64,000 nucleotides of DNA, taken from Candidatus Limnocylindria bacterium (GTDB lineage: Bacteria > Chloroflexota > Limnocylindria > P2-11E). A program made the translations under genes and the position numbers. Under the pieces are notes generated by a model. That model ran no database searches. It was not told the DNA's origin and was given only the letters and a program-made list of their open reading frames with translations. Location of the stretch: NCBI GenBank assembly GCA_035651155.1, contig DASRGG010000028.1, forward strand, positions 55,041 to 119,040, written 5' to 3'. Below are positions 61,915-64,000 of this stretch, piece after piece (the stretch's first letter is position 1; every line of letters starts with the position of its first letter).

Positions 61915-62877
61915 CTAGGCCCGGGCGGCGGTCGGCGACAGCTCGACCGGCACGCTCGCGAGCACTTCCGCGATGACGGTCGTGGCAGCGAGGTCCTTGA
62001 GGCGCGCCTGCGGCTGGAGGATGAGGCGGTGCGCCAGCGTCGGCGCGGCGAGCTGCTTCACGTCGTCGGGCAGGACGAAGTCCCGCCCCTGCAGCAGCGC
62101 GAACGCCTGCGACGCGCGCGCGAGCGCGAGGCTGCCGCGCGGCGACGCGCCGAGGTACACGTCGGGGTGTGAGCGCGTCGCGTTGACGACGGCCACGACG
62201 TAGGTCTTCACCTGATCGGCGATGTGGATGTCCTTCGCGGCGCCCTGCGCCTCGAGGAGCTCTTCCGCCGAGAGGACCTGCTCGATGGTCTCGAGCGGAT
62301 GGATGACGCGCTGCGCGTCGAGGATCGCGATCTCCTCCCGGTCCTTCGGATACCCGAGCTGAAGGCGGATGAAGAACCGGTCGAGCTGCGCCTCGGGCAG
62401 CGGGAACGTGCCTTCGTACTCGATCGGGTTCTGCGTCGCGATGACGAGGAACGGCTCGGGGAGCTGGTAGGTCGTGCCGTCGACGGTGACCTGGTGCTCT
62501 TCCATCGCCTCGAGGAGCGCCGATTGGGTTTTCGGCGTCGCGCGGTTGATCTCGTCGGCGAGGACGATCTGGCTCATGATCGGGCCCGGCCGGAACTCGA
62601 AGGTGCTGGTGCGCTGGTTGAAGATCGAGACGCCGGTCACGTCGGATGGCAGGAGGTCCGGCGTGAACTGGATGCGCCGGAACGAGCAGCCGAGGGAACG
62701 CGCGATCGCCTTCGCGAGGACGGTCTTGCCGGTGCCGGGGACGTCCTCCACGAGGATGTGGCCGCGGCAGACGAGCGCGACGAGGGCGAGCTCGACCTCG
62801 TGGTGCTTGCCGAAGATGACCTTCTCGACGTTCGCGGCGACGCTCGAGATGCGCGTCGCGAGGCCGGCCCTATCCAT
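61915..62877 (-). CDS. MoxR-family AAA+ ATPase
   Basis: Walker [13 protein letters not shown], Walker [24 protein letters not shown], and an AAA lid. The start is the ATG at 62877 ([18 protein letters not shown]...) or the ATG at 62949. Confidence 0.88.
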   Translation of the reverse strand: MDRAGLATRISSVAANVEKVIFGKHHEVELALVALVCRGHILVEDVPGTGKTVLAKAIARSLGCSFRRIQFTPDLLPSDVTGVSIFNQRTSTFEFRPGPIMSQIVLADEINRATPKTQSALLEAMEEHQVTVDGTTYQLPEPFLVIATQNPIEYEGTFPLPEAQLDRFFIRLQLGYPKDREEIAILDAQRVIHPLETIEQVLSAEELLEAQGAAKDIHIADQVKTYVVAVVNATRSHPDVYLGASPRGSLALARASQAFALLQGRDFVLPDDVKQLAAPTLAHRLILQPQARLKDLAATTVIAEVLASVPVELSPTAARA

Positions 62878-62988
62878 ACCTACGAATCTCCACGAGAACC
62901 CCTGGGGGCTCCCCTTCCCGACCCATGCTAAAGGCGAGACACCTGTCATCGGAATGAACGCGCGAGGCGCGCCATCGGTTCACCCGGC

Positions 62989-64000
62989 TCACCGCCCGAG
63001 GGCGGCTTGCATCACTTTCCCGCCCGGCGGAGCGGCATCGAGACCTCCCTGCGGGGTGTTCTCGATCACTACAGCGACGGCGACGACGGGGTTCTCCGCC
63101 GGCGCGAAGCCGACGAACCACCCATGAGGCACGCCGCTCGGGTTCTCCGCCGTACCGGTCTTCCCGGCCACGTTCACGTTCGGGATCTTCGCGCCGAAGG
63201 CGAAGGCGCCCGGCCCCGAGACCGCCCCCACGAGCATCGCCGTGATCTTCGCGGCGGTGTCCGGACGGATGACCTGACCGATGGGCGTCGGGGCGATCGT
63301 GCGGAGGGTGTTGCCCGCGGCGTCGCGCACCTCGAGCGCGTAGTGCGGGCTCGGCATGACCCCGCCGCGCCCGATCGCCGCGGCGACGAGGGCCATCTGC
63401 AGCGGCGAGGTGAGCAGCTCGCCCTGGCCGAACGCGGTATCGGCCACCAGCGTCGGCCGGTCGAGCGAGCCCGTGCTCGAGAGCTGCCCCTTCGCGGCGG
63501 TGACGTCGCAGCGCGGCGCCGTGCCGATGCCGAAGCGCTGGGCGTATTCGGCAAGCTTGGCTCCACCGAGCTGCAGCCCGACCTTCGCGAAGTAGATGTT
63601 CTCCGAGAGCCGGTAGCCGTCCGCCATCGTGTAGTCGCCGTGCGCTTTCGACGACGAGCGCACGAAGTAATCGCCCCACGACGCGTCGGCCTGCCACGGA
63701 TCGTCGACGCGCACCTTCTGATCGGGGTTCACGCCGTTCTCGAGCGCGGCCGCGCCGGTGACGAGCTTGAAGGTCGACCCGGGCGGATACAGGCCCTGAC
63801 GCGCGCGATCGAGAAGCGGCTTCCCCTGATCCCCGTTGACCTGCCGCCACGCGGCGTCCTCGGTCCGGGGATCGCTGAGCTGCGCGGGGTCATAGTTCGG
63901 GAAGCTGACCGACGCGATGATGGCGCCCGTGCGCGGATCGAGCGCGATGATCGCGCCGCGGCGTCCGGCAAGCGCGTCGACGGCGGCCTTCTGCACCTTC
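62989..64000 (-). CDS. Class B penicillin-binding protein, transpeptidase domain; 3' part only, the gene continues past the window end
   Basis: GSTFK (catalytic Ser), SSS and KTGTAE motifs. The ORF is open at 63996. Confidence 0.85.
   Translation of the reverse strand, partial: KVQKAAVDALAGRRGAIIALDPRTGAIIASVSFPNYDPAQLSDPRTEDAAWRQVNGDQGKPLLDRARQGLYPPGSTFKLVTGAAALENGVNPDQKVRVDDPWQADASWGDYFVRSSSKAHGDYTMADGYRLSENIYFAKVGLQLGGAKLAEYAQRFGIGTAPRCDVTAAKGQLSSTGSLDRPTLVADTAFGQGELLTSPLQMALVAAAIGRGGVMPSPHYALEVRDAAGNTLRTIAPTPIGQVIRPDTAAKITAMLVGAVSGPGAFAFGAKIPNVNVAGKTGTAENPSGVPHGWFVGFAPAENPVVAVAVVIENTPQGGLDAAPPGGKVMQAALGR

Overview
This is a gene-dense, ~72% GC bacterial chromosomal window whose codon usage and low-complexity alternate-frame ORFs are typical of high-GC Actinomycetota-like genomes. 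It consists almost entirely of core-metabolism operons; I found no rRNA, tRNA, CRISPR array or mobile element. Coordinates taken from residue counting against the ORF table are exact; positions read directly from the nucleotide text can be off by 1-2 nt.

Coding is dominated by long co-directional minus-strand arrays in which neighbouring genes overlap by 1-4 nt (ATGA, GTGA, TTGA). The main blocks are:
- 16046 down to 1 (-): a methylmalonyl-CoA mutase catalytic subunit, methylmalonyl-CoA epimerase, a class I glutamine amidotransferase, two uncharacterized proteins, a small membrane protein, tsaE-tsaB-rimI-tsaD, an SCP2 protein, an HD hydrolase, a NUDIX hydrolase, gcvT-gcvH-gcvPA-gcvPB, an NlpC/P60 peptidase, then an ECF sigma factor with a partial ZAS anti-sigma factor.
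- 22667 down to 16746 (-): pccB, biotin carboxylase, BCCP and a translationally coupled penicillin-acylase-family Ntn hydrolase. Between this block and the mutase lies a divergent secreted TIMP-like protein with a mature N-terminal Cys-Ser-Cys (16073..16765, +).
- 29476 down to 23855 (-): a membrane-bound formate dehydrogenase locus. Its alpha subunit is a selenoprotein: an in-frame TGA at 28883..28885 aligns with the selenocysteine of E. coli FdnG. The locus continues with fdhE, an Fe-S beta subunit and an NrfD-type anchor, with fdhD and mobA nearby.
- 32531..34007 (+): folE coupled to a RibD-C-type reductase.
- 48841 down to 35001 (-): a MerR-led acyl-CoA operon. It encodes thiolase, 3-hydroxybutyryl-CoA dehydrogenase, a VOC protein, acyl-CoA dehydrogenases, a membrane Fe-S oxidoreductase, a 38-aa transmembrane micro-ORF, etfBA, a split isobutyryl-CoA-mutase-like pair (large subunit carrying the Phe/Gln signature plus a 136-aa B12-binding subunit) and meaB.
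- The remainder includes an M20 amidohydrolase with an HD protein, a sigma-70-family factor followed by a zincin-like metallopeptidase, rpe, a class V aminotransferase with serA, and a MoxR / DUF58 / transglutaminase-like (TgpA) triad followed by ybaK and a multiply frameshifted NAD-epimerase pseudogene. A class B penicillin-binding protein is truncated at the window end.

The candidates most worth a second look are the TIMP-like secreted protein, the selenoprotein formate dehydrogenase with its NrfD anchor, the paired mutases (an orphan methylmalonyl-CoA-type catalytic subunit versus an isobutyryl-CoA-type split pair), two coupled micro-ORFs inside the acyl-CoA operon, an uncharacterized two-gene pair upstream of tsaE, the acylase coupled to the carboxylase genes, and the MoxR-DUF58-TgpA module.
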